A stretch of DNA of 64,000 nucleotides from Mytilus trossulus (GCF_036588685.1 NC_086380.1:63612001-63676000), one strand, 5' to 3'; numbered from the stretch's first letter, positions 1 to 11,557 are shown. Program-made: numbers and translations. The notes: generated from the letters alone by a model not told the origin.

Positions 1-5
1 TCTTA

Positions 6-282
6 AGGCTGAGCAACCATTTGATTTTCTTGGGAGGGGGGGGGGGGATGCTAGTTTTTTTTTTGGAAAAAAAAGTTTGTTTCCAGTTTTTGGAGAAAAA
101 AATAATTTGTTTTTGACCCTGAGAAAAAAAAAATGTTTGTTTCACACTCAGCTGCCACTATATGTAATGCTAAAACTGAAAGAAAAAATTTGTTTTCGAC
201 TTGTCGCCAAAAGATATATAGTTTGTCCAGAAAAAAATTCCATAGCCCCCCCTCCCCCCAGAAAATCAAATGGTTGCTGCCT
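6..282. mobile_element. MITE with terminal inverted repeats (Kolobok-like, TTAA at left)
   Basis: Left AGGCTGAGCAACCATTTGATTTTCT+G-run mirrors right C-run+AGAAAATCAAATGGTTGCTGCCT; A/T-run interior; superfamily is inference. Confidence 0.7.
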
Positions 283-435
283 AAATGAAACTATCCTTGA
301 TTCTACCAAATTTGGACAGAAGCCTGTTTATGATCATTAGATAATATCCAGAAGTAAATCCCCCCTATTTTTGTTTAGCATGTACGTGACTAAGACAAAG
401 AAGGCAAGACACAGGTTTCCATGGAACTCTTACAA

Positions 436-826
436 TTTTTATACGACCGCAAAATTTGAAAAAATTTTCGTCGTATATTGCTATCACGTTGGTGTTGTCG
501 TCGTCAGCGTCCGAATACTTTTAGTTTTCGCACTCTAACTTTAGTAAAAGTGAATAGAAATCAATGAAATTTAAACACAATGTTTATGATCACAAAAGGA
601 AGATTGGTAGTGATTTTGGGAGTTAAGGTCCCAACAGTTTAAGAATTAGGGGCCAAAAAGGGACCCATTATTTTTCTTGGTTTTCACACCATAACGTTAG
701 TATAAGTAAATAGAAATCTATGAAATTTAAACACAAAATTTATGACCATAAAAGGAAGGTTGGTATTGATTTTGGGAGTTTTGGTCCCAACAGAATAAGG
801 GCCCAAAGGGTCCAAAATTAAACTTA
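436..826 (+). mobile_element. Helentron-associated non-autonomous element (HINE-like), 3'-truncated
   Basis: T-run start, 5' hairpin ATACGAC..GTCGTAT, (GTC)n microsatellite, then ~160-bp core repeats also found at 11.6-11.9 kb and 60.2-60.85 kb. Confidence 0.65.
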
Positions 827-935
827 GCTATTGAGTTTTATGGAAATCCATGTTAATTTGAAAAAGTTATAAAACAAATTAAAGATGACTATCTGGATTT
901 AGCCTAAACTGAAAACTGAAAACTCTGATTCCTTT

Positions 936-1088
936 CACGGATACTTATTGGACCTTTTGGATTATAGCTCTTCATCTTTTATATAAGCTTTGGATTTCAA
1001 ATATTTTGGCCACGAGCATCACTGAAGAGACTTGTTAATTGTCGAAATGTGCATCTGGTGCAAGTAAATTGTTACCGTTAATTTTATT
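936..1088 (+). mobile_element. retrozyme-like interspersed repeat, family 2 (partial)
   Basis: Interrupts the tandem repeat; contains hammerhead; same sequence recurs at 34654-34696 and 30909-30945. Confidence 0.65.
1016..1061 (+). ncRNA. minimal type I hammerhead ribozyme (family 2)
   Basis: GCATCA-CTGAAGA-GAC[ttgttaatt]GTC-GAAA-TGTGCA-TC^TGGTGC: CUGANGA and GAAA cores, stem I GCAUCA/UGGUGC, stem II GAC/GUC, near-palindromic stem III, AUC cleavage triplet (cut after 1055). Confidence 0.8.
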
Positions 1089-2140
1089 AGCCTTTTTTCA
1101 ACCTTTCTATTAAATCCATCATTGTCTATAGAATGACAGCAAAACAACAAACTACCAAACAACCTGTTGTTCTGTAAGATCAATATATAAGTGAAATAAT
1201 TGTAGAATTTTATGAAAATGCCAGTTAATTTGAAAAAGTTTTGAAAAAAATTAAAGATGACTATTATACCTGGATTTAGCCAAAACTGAAAATTTTAGCT
1301 TTTTTTTTAACCTATTTAATAAATCCATATAGAATAACAGCAATTCAACACACTACCAAAGAACCACTGGTATTCTGTAAGATCAATATATAAATGAAAT
1401 AATTGTAGAGTTTTATTAAAATGCCAGTTGACTTGAAAAAGTTATGAAAAAATTAAAGATGACTATCTGGATTTAGCCAAAACTGAAAATTTTAGCTTTT
1501 TTTATAACCTGGATTTGGCCTAAACTGAAAATTATTGTTGAGACCTTGTCATTTATGTTTTTTGTGCCTGCAAAAGGATTTTCCTACACACCGATAATTT
1601 TTTTTACAATAAAATAAGTCCAAGCCCATCCACTATATATTTTTAAAAAAGTTCTCGCCCATCCAAATATTTCCACAAAAAAAGTGCTTGCCCTGCCCCA
1701 TTTTGCACCGGCCCATCCATCTGATAAATATTGAACGGTCCCTTATGATATGACCTTTCTAATTTTAATGCCACCTTAGAGAATTTCTCCTGTTTTCACC
1801 GAAAATATAGTGTGGATGGGGCATACAAGTACTATGGGCACATTCTGGTTGGAATTTAAAATATCCTGGATTTCTACCAAACTTTGACGTTAAAGTTTGT
1901 TTATGATCATAAAAGAGGGAAGAAAGATACCTGAGAGGGACAGTCAAACTCATAGATTGAAAACAAACTGACTACTCCATGGCACAAAATAAAAATAAAT
2001 AAAATAAGATAGTTATAATCCAGAAGTAAACTTTCCTGTATATATCTTATAAATGGACCAGTTTTTGTTCTGTTTAACAATATACATATAGTCTGCAGTT
2101 TAAGTTTTTTTAAACATTTATTAGATTAAAAAAAACATCC

Positions 2141-3042
2141 TTTTTTAGCTCACCTGGCCCGAAGGGCCAAGTGAGCTTTTCTCATCACTTGGCGTCCGGC
2201 GTCCATCGTCGTCCGTCGTCCTGCGTCCGTCGTCGTTAACTTTTACAAAAATCTTCTCCTCTGAAACTGCTGGGCCAAATTAATCCAAACTTGGCCATAA
2301 TCATTATTGGGGTATCTAGTTTAAAAATTGTGTGGCGTGACCCCGCCAACCAACCAAGATGGCTGCCACGGCTAAAAATAGAACATAGGGGTAAAATGCA
2401 GTTTTTGGCTTATAACTCAAAAACCGAACCATTTAGAGCAAATCTGACATGGGGGTAAAAATGTTCATCAGGTCAAGATCTCACTGCCCTGAAATTTTCA
2501 GATGAATCGGACAACCCGTTGTTGGGTTGCTGCCCCTTAATTTGGAATTTTAGGAAATTTTGCTGTTTTTTGTTATTATCTTGAATATTATTATAGATAG
2601 AGATAAACTGTAAACAGCAATAATGTCCAGCAAAGTAAGATCTACAAATAAATCAACATAACCAAAATGGTCAGTTGACCCCTTTAGGAGTTATTGCTCT
2701 TTATAGTCAATTTTTAACCATTTTTCATAAATCTTGGTAATCTTTTACAAAAATCTTCTCCTCTGAAACTATCACCCCAAATTTAAACAAACTTGGCCTC
2801 AATAATCATTGGGGTATCTAGTTTAAAAACTGTGTGGCGTACTGACCCCGCCAACCAACCTAGATGGCCGCCATGGCTAAAAATAGAACATGGGGGTAAA
2901 ATGCAGTTTTTGGCTTATAACTCAAAAACCAATTCATTTAGAGCAAATCTAACAAGGAGTAAAATTGTTTATCAGGGTAAGATCTATCTGCCATGAAATT
3001 TTCAGATGGATCGGACAAAGTGCTGTTAGATTGCTGCCCCTG
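2141..3042 (+). mobile_element. Helentron-associated non-autonomous element (HINE-like)
   Basis: TTTTTAGCTCACCTGGCCC-GAA-GGGCCAAGTGAGCT hairpin, (CGTC)n microsatellite, core repeated with ~500-bp period (2240 and 2742); inverted copy at 14745-15342. Confidence 0.8.
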
Positions 3043-3743
3043 AAGTTCTTTGACTACATTTATTCAGAAACCTATGTGTCAAATATTTCTTTTTACAATC
3101 CAAATTCAGACCTGTATCAACATTGTGTCCATTTTCCCCCAAACTGTTTAATCCAGTTGTTATATCATCACTAACTATCCATCACTACATCAGAGGACAG
3201 ACCTATAAAGGGCGCTGAATCATTTGAGTTAAACCTCTACTTTCATATCCAGCTGCCCTCAGTGAAGCAATTTACTCTTCATAATTATGTTCATGAGTAA
3301 AAATAGTGTTGAATTTCAAAAGCTTCCATATACATGTACATATAAAAAGTAAGAAAGGAATAATATGTCAAGGGGCATTTGTTATAGATTGAATGAAAAT
3401 GTTTAATTCAGCTATACATTCCCCTATAGATATATTTTTTATATAGATATATGGGTCAACTTTACATCTATTGTGCATTACACTTACAGCTTTCAAATAT
3501 GAACAGATTGTATTAAAGCATATACATTATATTTCGTCTGATATTTAAGGCCAGTCTCAAAGAAAAATTTGCAATTATTTGATTATTTTATTTTATCATG
3601 TTTATCATTTGTCTTCATTATTTTTTTCTCATGTATATTTTAAATGTAATATATTATATATATATAAAAATATAAAGAAATAGTAAATTAATTTTTTTTA
3701 TGCTTTTATTAAATTAATTAATTGAATTATTTTTGTAGGCTCA

Positions 3744-6695
3744 ATGTCTAAAAGAGGAGCAGAACCCACTTCTTCAAGTGCGCATATTGCTTATAAACAA
3801 AAGAAAGGGAAAAAAGAATGCCCAGGCTGCAATCAGTGGTTTGGAAATAGGCACTTCGAGAATCATAAAACCAAATATTTTAGGCATAGAAATTGGAGAT
3901 GTAAAACTAGTGATCCCCAAGAATGTGAGGTGGGTGAGTATGAAGTTTTATCTAAGAATTTAAGTACTGAAGGATTACATGCATCACCTTTTGTGTCATT
4001 GATTAAAAAAAAAATACATCAAAAGTTGAATTCTAGTTTGAATTCTGGAGATGAACAATCTGAAGATGAAGATGAAGAATTTTGGAACAATCTTACATTA
4101 GCTGACATTGATGCAGACTTCAATGGGCAGGATGAATCAGCTAGTGGCACTTATTATTTAAATATTTTTTCACATGATGCTATAAATGATGACAATTTAA
4201 AAAAAAACACTTTTTATTTATTTGTTTGTCTGTGTATTTTTATCTGTACTTGGCAATCTTCTCATGTTATTCCGGATATTGCAGTCCAACATTTATTATT
4301 GTTTTTATCTGATTTTTTTAATGCTCTATCAGCAGAAGTTGTTGCCTTTGCTGGACTTGCATCAGCTTTTCCAGCTACAATTTATAAGTTGTACAAATAT
4401 ATTGGATTTCAAAAAGATAATTTTACAAAATTTGTTGTATGTAAAAAATGTTATAAATTATATAAGTATGAACTATGAAGATTGTTTAATAATAGTAGAG
4501 GGTCAACAACAATCCAAAAAATGCAATAATGTAATTTTTCCAAATCATACACAGGTTGGTAGAAGAAGGCCGTGTGGTGAGCCTCTTCTTAAAGTTGTTC
4601 AATTACAAGGAACAAAAAAGTTGTACCCATTTAAAACTTATTGTTACAAATCAATTGCTTTGACCTTGTCTAGTTTTGTACAAAGACCAGATTTTGAAGA
4701 AAAATGTGAGATTTGGCGATCAAGAAGACAGGAACCTGGATTTTTGGCTGATGTGTTTGATGGAAATATATGGAAGGAGTTTCAGAGTGCAGAGAAAAAC
4801 AATTTCTTGAAAAACAAACAAAGTTATGGAATAATGTTGAATTTAGACTGGTTCCAACCATATGAACATGTCCAGTACTCAGTTGGAGTAATGTATGCAG
4901 TTATTTTGAATTTGCCACGAGAGGAACGTTTTAAAATTAAAAATGTTATACTGCTTGGAATTATACCTGACATGAAGAAAGAGCCAAGCGTGCAAACTTT
5001 TATTGGTCCTTTGATAGATGAGCTGAAAGTAGGGTGGAAAGAAGTTTTTTTTTTAACATCATACCAGGAAAAGAACAAGGAAACCATATTCAATTGCTTT
5101 GATGTGTGTAGGCTGTGACATTCCAGCAACAAGAAAGCTGTGTGGATTTTTAGGCCACGGTGCCACACTTGGGTGTTCAAAATGTTACAAAACTTTTCCA
5201 GGTGATATAGGACATAAATGTTATGGTGGGTTTGATGTTAATGAATGGCCAAGCAGAAATTTACTAGAGCATAGACATAACATGAATGTAGTAAAGAGTG
5301 CTAGAACCCAAACTGAGAGAGACAGGCTTGAGAGTCAGTTTGGGATAAGATATTCTCCAATCTGGGAATTAGATTATTTTGATCCAATAAGGATGTCAAT
5401 AGTGGATCCAATGCATAATTTATATCAGGGAACTGCGAAAAAAATGATTAAGATTTGGCTTGAACTAAAAATTTTGTTACCAGCGAGAACAGCTCATTGT
5501 AGTACAGGAAAGGGTTGACTCAGTTAATGCAGCTAGCAATATTGGATCAATACCAAGAAAAATAGCTTCATCCTTTGGTGGATTTACAGCTGATCAATGG
5601 AAAAACTGGACAAACATTTTTTCAATTTTTGCACTAATTGACATTTTGCCTTCAGATGATCTTGAAGTTTGGAGAGAATTTGTTCTTGCTAGTCATATCA
5701 TTACATCAAAATTTATTACAGAACCAGATATAAGACGGTTTGAAAAACATATATTGAAATTTTGTAGATCATTTGAGCAACTGTATGGTACTGATAAAGT
5801 CACACCTAATATGCATCTTCACTGTCATTTAGCAAGCTGTGTGAGGGATTTTGGACCAGTCTATTCCTTTTGGTTATTTAGTTTTGAAAGGTACAATGGA
5901 CACCTTGGCTCACTTCCAAACAACAGCCGTGCAATAGAGTTACAGATAATGCGGCGCTTTACAAGAGATGCATATGTAAATTCCATTGAACTACCAGATA
6001 ATTTTCAAGAATTATTTAGAAAAAATTTCTTGGATCTGAACAGGTGCACTGAAATAGGAATTGAAGTAACGGATCAAGAGATTCGTAATATTTTGTATTT
6101 GTCACGGAGAAGTGCTCCGATACCAAATCAAGACTGGTCAAATATTTCAGCCTATAAGTTTTCAAAGGTTTCAACTCATTGTCTTACTGCAGAAGAATAC
6201 AGAGTTCTAAGACGCACTTATACAATTATCTATCCCGATTTAGCCAACATGGTATTACCAGAATCCTGTCGAAAATGTAGCTCTGTCACACTTAGAAATG
6301 AAGTTTATGGTTCTTGGGAGTCTAGACATAAACGTTCATCATTTGTCATGGCATATTGGAATGCAGAAGATGGACAAATTGTGGAAGATATTGGTACAGG
6401 GGATCTGCTCCCTGGTATTGTTCAAACTTATTACCTTCACAACCTCATCATAGAGAATGAAAGTAAGGTTCACTTGTTTGCAAAGGTCAACTGGTTAGCA
6501 CCACTTCCTGACCGCTATAGATACCATTGTGGAAAGCCAGTAGAAGTTTGGTCAAGAGATATATATGATGTGTTTGGACCGTCAGCTTTCATACCTGTTC
6601 AAAAGATATCTTGTAAATATGTTCGAGCAGATGGAAAACTCTCTGAAAAACTTGTGTCGTACATATGCCCTCTAAACAGTGGAATGAATATATGA
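3744..6695 (+). pseudogene. EnSpm/CACTA-type (Transposase_21/Tnp2-like) DDE transposase with three frameshifts
   Basis: ORFs 3744, 4222, 5099 and 5646 join through +1 shifts at ~4470, ~5057-5095 and ~5485. Motifs: LNLDWFQPY, YAVILNLPREERFK, GCDIPATRKLCGF, DPMHNLYQGT, IGSIPRKI..FGGFTADQWKNW, TPNMHLHCHL..FGPVYSFWLFSFERYNG. Acceptor-like TTTTTGTAG just before the ATG; AATAAA near 6990. Confidence 0.9.
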
Positions 6696-7352
6696 TGTAT
6701 ACATTTTGGATTAAACTAAAAGTTTGTTATTGATTAAGTATGGTGCAAATAACCTTTCTTAGATTAATTATGCACATGTTCTCTAAGCATCAATATAATT
6801 ATATGTTCTTCCAAAAAAATTTATGGGCTATATACTATGTCTTTCACTTAAATCAATATAATATATAAATCTAGCTGTTTATGGCTAGGCTTGTCTGCCA
6901 TAATTTGTAAGGACATATTTTCCCAGATTAGACTTGTCTCAACGACATCCTTGTTGCATATTTTTTTTATAACTACCTGTATTATCTAGTAATAAAACCA
7001 CCAGCATTTTTATCTTGGTTTTAATTGTGTCTCTAATTAAACTTATTAGTTCAGTGTCGAAAGTTTATTTTTTTTTCTGCTTAAATCATGTCTATTTGAT
7101 GAGTTAAGTCTTCTTCCATTATTTTTTCAAGTGTGTTTTATCTTGTTGAAATGTTTCACTACTGTCTCAGTTTAGGTTGAAGGTAGGCATGTCTATTTAA
7201 ACGTTTAAACCAGCTGCATTTGAACTTCAATGAAACTTGTATCAATGGAATATGTATGTATTAATATGCCTATTTATTGAAGTGGAAATTACTTTTGGTT
7301 TCAGTAAATTATCTAAGAATTAGTTGTGGGAAATTCATTCAAAGTTAAAAAT

Positions 7353-7494
7353 CAGTGGCGGATCCAGAAATTTTCGTAATTGGGGGCCCACTGACTGCCT
7401 AAGAGGGGACCCGCTCTAGTCACGCTTCAGTGATTCTCTATTTAAGCAACCATTTTTTTTTCCAAAAAAAGGGGGGGGCCTAAATCCGCCTCTG
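7353..7494 (+). mobile_element. MITE with CAG..CTG ends and 5-bp TSD (hAT5-like)
   Basis: TIR CAGTGGCGGATCCAG / TAAATCCGCCTCTG; TSD AAAAT on both sides. Confidence 0.85.
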
Positions 7495-7538
7495 AAAATG
7501 GCAATAATATTGCATGTTTCTTTATCTTTGCAATTTAT

Positions 7539-7624
7539 AAATTTTGAGTTTCTTCAGGAAAATAGTTCGAATATTAACAAATTTGTTAATATTCGAACTA
7601 TTTTCCTGAAGAAACTCAAAATTT
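7539..7624. repeat. perfect 86-bp palindrome with no spacer
   Basis: Every base pairs about the 7581/7582 axis; same peptide appears in both strands of the ORF track. Confidence 0.95.
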
Positions 7625-7789
7625 GGCGATTGTTCTATAACTGTTTCGTGGATAGTTTTCTCATTGGCAATCATACATGTACGTACCTGTTTTGTAAATA
7701 GATAATAGACAATATTTTTTAGCACAGACACATTTACATCAAATGGTTGTGGCATACAAAATCAAGACAATAAAGTGACTATATATAGA

Positions 7790-8090
7790 TATAGGAAGAT
7801 GTGGCGAGAGTGCCAATGAGACAACTCTCCATTCAAATAACAATTTTAAAAAAAGTAAAAATTAACTATTATAGTATAGGTCAATGTACGTCTACAACAC
7901 GGAGCCTTGGCTCACATCGAACAACAACTATAAAGGGCCCCAAAATTACTAGTGTAAAACCATTCAAACGGAAAAAACTACGGTCTAATCTATAAAAAAA
8001 AAACCACCAGAAAAACCTACATATTACATAAAAAAACGACAACTACTGTACATCAGATTCCTGACTTCGGACAGGTGAAAACATTTGCAG
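7790..8090 (-). repeat. abundant interspersed repeat family A (probable retroposon 3' tail)
   Basis: AAGATGTGG..TGCCAATGAGACAACT..TATAGGTCA..CTATAAAGGGCCC; related copies near 15680-15950, 22590-22745, 34940-35240, 39840-40345, 52040-52270 and 62515-62720; orientation inferred from the shared conserved end. Confidence 0.7.
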
Positions 8091-8095
8091 TATGT

Positions 8096-9570
8096 ATTTT
8101 TTTGTCGAGCTTGCAACTTTTGTTGCAGAAAGCTCGACATAGGGATAGTGATCTGGCAATTTCGGCGGCGGTGTTAGCTAATTTCGTAAAAGCTTTACAC
8201 TTTAAAAGGTGGAAGACCTGAATGCCTCATACTTTTTTATATGGATTCCTTATGTTTCGAAGTTTCCGTCTGTCACTTTTCCATTTTCCTTGACCTCATT
8301 TTCACGATAAAGTGACTACTTGAAAAAAAAAAATTATAATGTTAATCAGTTCACTCTAATTATTAGTAATAGGGTAATGTAACTTGCAAGATCCGTATGC
8401 GCGTCACACAGTTTTCATTTGAACTTGACCTCATTTCATGGATCAGTGAACAAGGTAAGTTTGGGCGGTCAAGTCCATAACTCATACTATAAGCAATAGG
8501 TCTAGTTTATTTGTTGTATGTCAGGATTGTATGGTGTATATGTCCAACTGGCAGAAGTCATCTGCCCTTAACCTCATTTTCGTGGTTTAGTGGTTATAGT
8601 TAGGTCTGTGTGTTTTTCTGTATGCATTAGGTGTACTATATTTGGTGTACATGTCAAATCCAGGTATCATCTGACCTTGAACTCATCTTCATGGTTCAGT
8701 GGTTACATAGTTAAAGCCCGAGTCACAATAGAACACGATCACACCACGGCTCACAGCAATCTTTAGTAAATTCAGATCGTGGTTAGTTCGCTGTATGAGC
8801 GGCATGAAAATACAAATTTTCGTTGTTTTCACGATGCTACTTCGTCCTCGTTACGCTTCTACGACCCTGTTATGAATATATATTTCATCAGGGACTTTCG
8901 AGTATAAAGTATAGGGACTTTCTAGTATAGAAAGTATAGGGAATTTCTAGTATAGAAAGTATAGGGACTTTCTAGTAAAGAAAGTATAGGGACTTTCTAG
9001 TATAGAAAGTCCCCGATTTCATGTGACAACGACAATGGACACATAGAGCATGATGATCGTACGTAGTACAAAGGTAATCAGGTCGTAATAACACCATGAC
9101 GAGGACGACATGGTGTGCTAGAATCGTATTATAGTCTTGAAAAGCATGGTATAGTCGTAATGGAAGCGTGGTTTGGTCGTGGTGAGAACGTGTGGTCGTG
9201 AAAAAGGTTGAGGTAACGTCGCTGTGATATCGTATCGCAGTCTCTCGTTTTCAAGTACACTCTTACTACGATGGTACTTACTATGTTCTCACTACGCTTC
9301 TTCAACAACCTGATTTCACCAGGACCGCACCAAGATTGTTTTTAACATGTTCAAAGTTGGTCACACTCATCACGATGACGAAGAACTCATGCACCACGTA
9401 CGTACTATATACAACCTTACGGTGTCAAAACATGCATTTTTTCACAGATCGCAACCAAGTACTTGTGTTTTGGTCTGGGTTTTTTCTCGGTAGGTATTAG
9501 TTCTACTACATATCTGGTTTGTTGAATGATTGTGAGGTGTACATGTTCAACTGGCCGGTGTCCTATGACA
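8096..9570 (+). mobile_element. HINE-like element interrupted by an insertion at ~8713-9460
   Basis: T-run, hairpin GTCGAGC-TTGCAAC..GTTGCAG..GCTCGAC, GGC repeats, tandem TGACCTCATTT cores; core resumes after 9460. Confidence 0.6.
8889..9015. repeat. mini element made of five 23-25-bp self-complementary tandem units, flanked by an ATTTCAT duplication
   Basis: AGGGACTTTCTAGTATAGAAAGTAT at 8890, 8913, 8938, 8963, 8988; ends CAGGGACTTTC..GAAAGTCCCCG; ATTTCAT at 8882-8888 and 9016-9022. Confidence 0.85.
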
Positions 9571-9580
9571 TCGATATAGG

Positions 9581-9781
9581 CTATATATATATATTTTTGT
9601 TTAAATATACTTTTTCACTCTTTTGGTCTTTTGGAAAATGTTGTTTGTGCTGTTTTTAGACCCTTCTACAACGAAATTTGTTTGACATGCACACGTATAA
9701 AAATTGCGGTTTTTATCCAACGCAGTCATAGGTTTGAACGTAGTTTTCAATTTAGACTCGGCTATATATATATATATATAG
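9581..9781. repeat. TA-microsatellite-flanked interspersed repeat (possibly a Penelope-type terminal fragment)
   Basis: (TA)n at both ends of a ~170-bp unit; class assignment is weak. Confidence 0.35.
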
Positions 9782-11348
9782 ACCGCTAGATGGCCCCGAA
9801 TTATTCGAGTTACCAATAGGGCAACAATTAAAGATGTTTTGTGTTGGCTTTCGATTGGATTCTAATTAAGATAATATCTTTTATTTGTCATATAAGTAAC
9901 ATTATACTTGTGACATAAACAAAATTAACAACAACAATAAAATAACTGAATTGAACACACACATATCTATATATATACAAGTAAAACTAACTAAGAGTCC
10001 CCTGTCCTCAGCTCTAAAGACTGTTTTAAAAAGGAACTTGTTTTTTCACTTGGTTTATATTAGAAGGATTTAGTAGGACTACTAGTTTTTGAGTATCGGA
10101 TAGATTTGGGAACATAGGTTTATCTATTGACATGTCATTAAAAAGTTTTACACGTAAAACATTTTTAATTTGACAGTGGAGGAGAAAATGATTTTCATCT
10201 TCTCAGGTTTTAATCGCCGTATTCAAAGACATAAATTCTGAAGTATATTTTGGGCACATTTACCCGAACTTAACTGTGGAACAGTACAGAGTTGAAAGAA
10301 GAAAAATTAAAATTAACGCTAATTGTTTATAGTTTGAATAATTGATTAGCAACATAAAAAATCTCTGGACTGCTGCCTGCTTAATGTCTAGTGGAAAGTA
10401 TTCCATGCATATTTAGAGGGAATGTAAACACTATAGTTAAGTAGTTGAATTAATTGTATATATATGTAGGACTCTAAAGTACGATGGTACTCTAAAGTGC
10501 GATGGACATCATTAACAGTCTATCATTAATGTGAGCAATCTTCTCTCAAAGTCGTCATTGTAAATTACAAATACAAAATTTGTTCTATTTTTTTAGCAGA
10601 CATTTCCGTAAAAAAACTGTCGCCATATTTTGTTCAAGAACGGGTTCGTCAAACAAGGTTCGCATTCTGGATACAATCTGGACTCAATCGGCAAAAAACA
10701 TCAATTACTAATCTCTCCAGATCATGCCCGTTCCACAGGACACCGTCCAGAAAACACAGAAAATTGTTACGATTTTGATCCGATTAAGCAGAATCTGTCA
10801 CGACATAATCACGATTGTAATCCAACTATAGACAAAATCGGATGAGTTTTCCCGAATGTAACGAAAACCACGTAACTGTCCGGGGGGGGGGGGGGTGCTT
10901 TGCCGACCTCTCCGAGCCTTAGGAATATGTTACGAACGTATACTACAGTGTTCGGGCAATAGTAGGACATTCCAGTTCACTGAGGATAGAAATACGACTC
11001 TTTTTACTTTTTTGTCTTACGTTGTCTGATCTCAAACGAGAGCAATAGTCGGCGCTGTGTTAACCCCGCATGACAAGGAACATTATATTATCGGGAGTCC
11101 GGATTTGTCCATGTGTTTGTCCGGCCATCAGTTTATAAGCCCTCTCATATATGTTATTCTTGCCAAATGTAAACAAAACTTATATCTGAGATATATCGTC
11201 AGCAAGGGTTCGGAGACTGCAGATATGTTCCGAGCAACTTTTTTTTAAATGTGTTAGGCTTTAGAAACAATAGTTTTATGGGAATATTGCATTGTAAGTG
11301 CTCGCATGCATACGCATGTACAAACAATTACAGAAACTTATCAAAGAT

Positions 11349-11505
11349 CAGTGGCGGATCCAGAATTTTTCATAAGTGGGGGCCAACTGACTGCCTAGGA
11401 GGGGCCCCGCTCCGGTCATGCTTCAGTGATTCCCAATATAATCAACCAAGTTTTCCCAGAAAAGGGGGGACGGGTCCCCGGGCCCCTCCTCTAAATCCGC
11501 CTTTG
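11349..11505 (+). mobile_element. MITE with 5-bp TSD (hAT5-like)
   Basis: Same family as 7353-7494; TSD AAGAT on both sides. Confidence 0.85.
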
Positions 11506-11557
11506 AAGATTGATAGGAGCAATGTCTAGAACTAGTTCGAAAATCAGTACGGGTCAC

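Larger units (their letters stand above)
827..1535. repeat. degenerate ~200-bp tandem repeat
   Basis: AAAGATGACTAT..CTGGATTTAGCC(A/T)AAACTGAAA recurs near 881, 1253, 1455 and partially at 1510; first unit interrupted by a hammerhead-bearing insertion. Confidence 0.7.

Noticed and set aside
3130-7350. CACTA/CACTG terminal inverted repeats for the transposase
   Set aside because: No convincing inverted pair with a 2-3-bp TSD found by eye, so element limits are not called
7498-7755. Overlapping sense/antisense ORFs with an identical peptide
   Set aside because: Artefact of the perfect DNA palindrome
8889-9015. CRISPR-like array of palindromic 25-bp repeats
   Set aside because: Units are contiguous with no unique spacers, there are no cas genes and the context is eukaryotic
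9790-10130. Possible minus-strand LINE 3' fragment
   Set aside because: Only a vague peptide resemblance, no diagnostic motif
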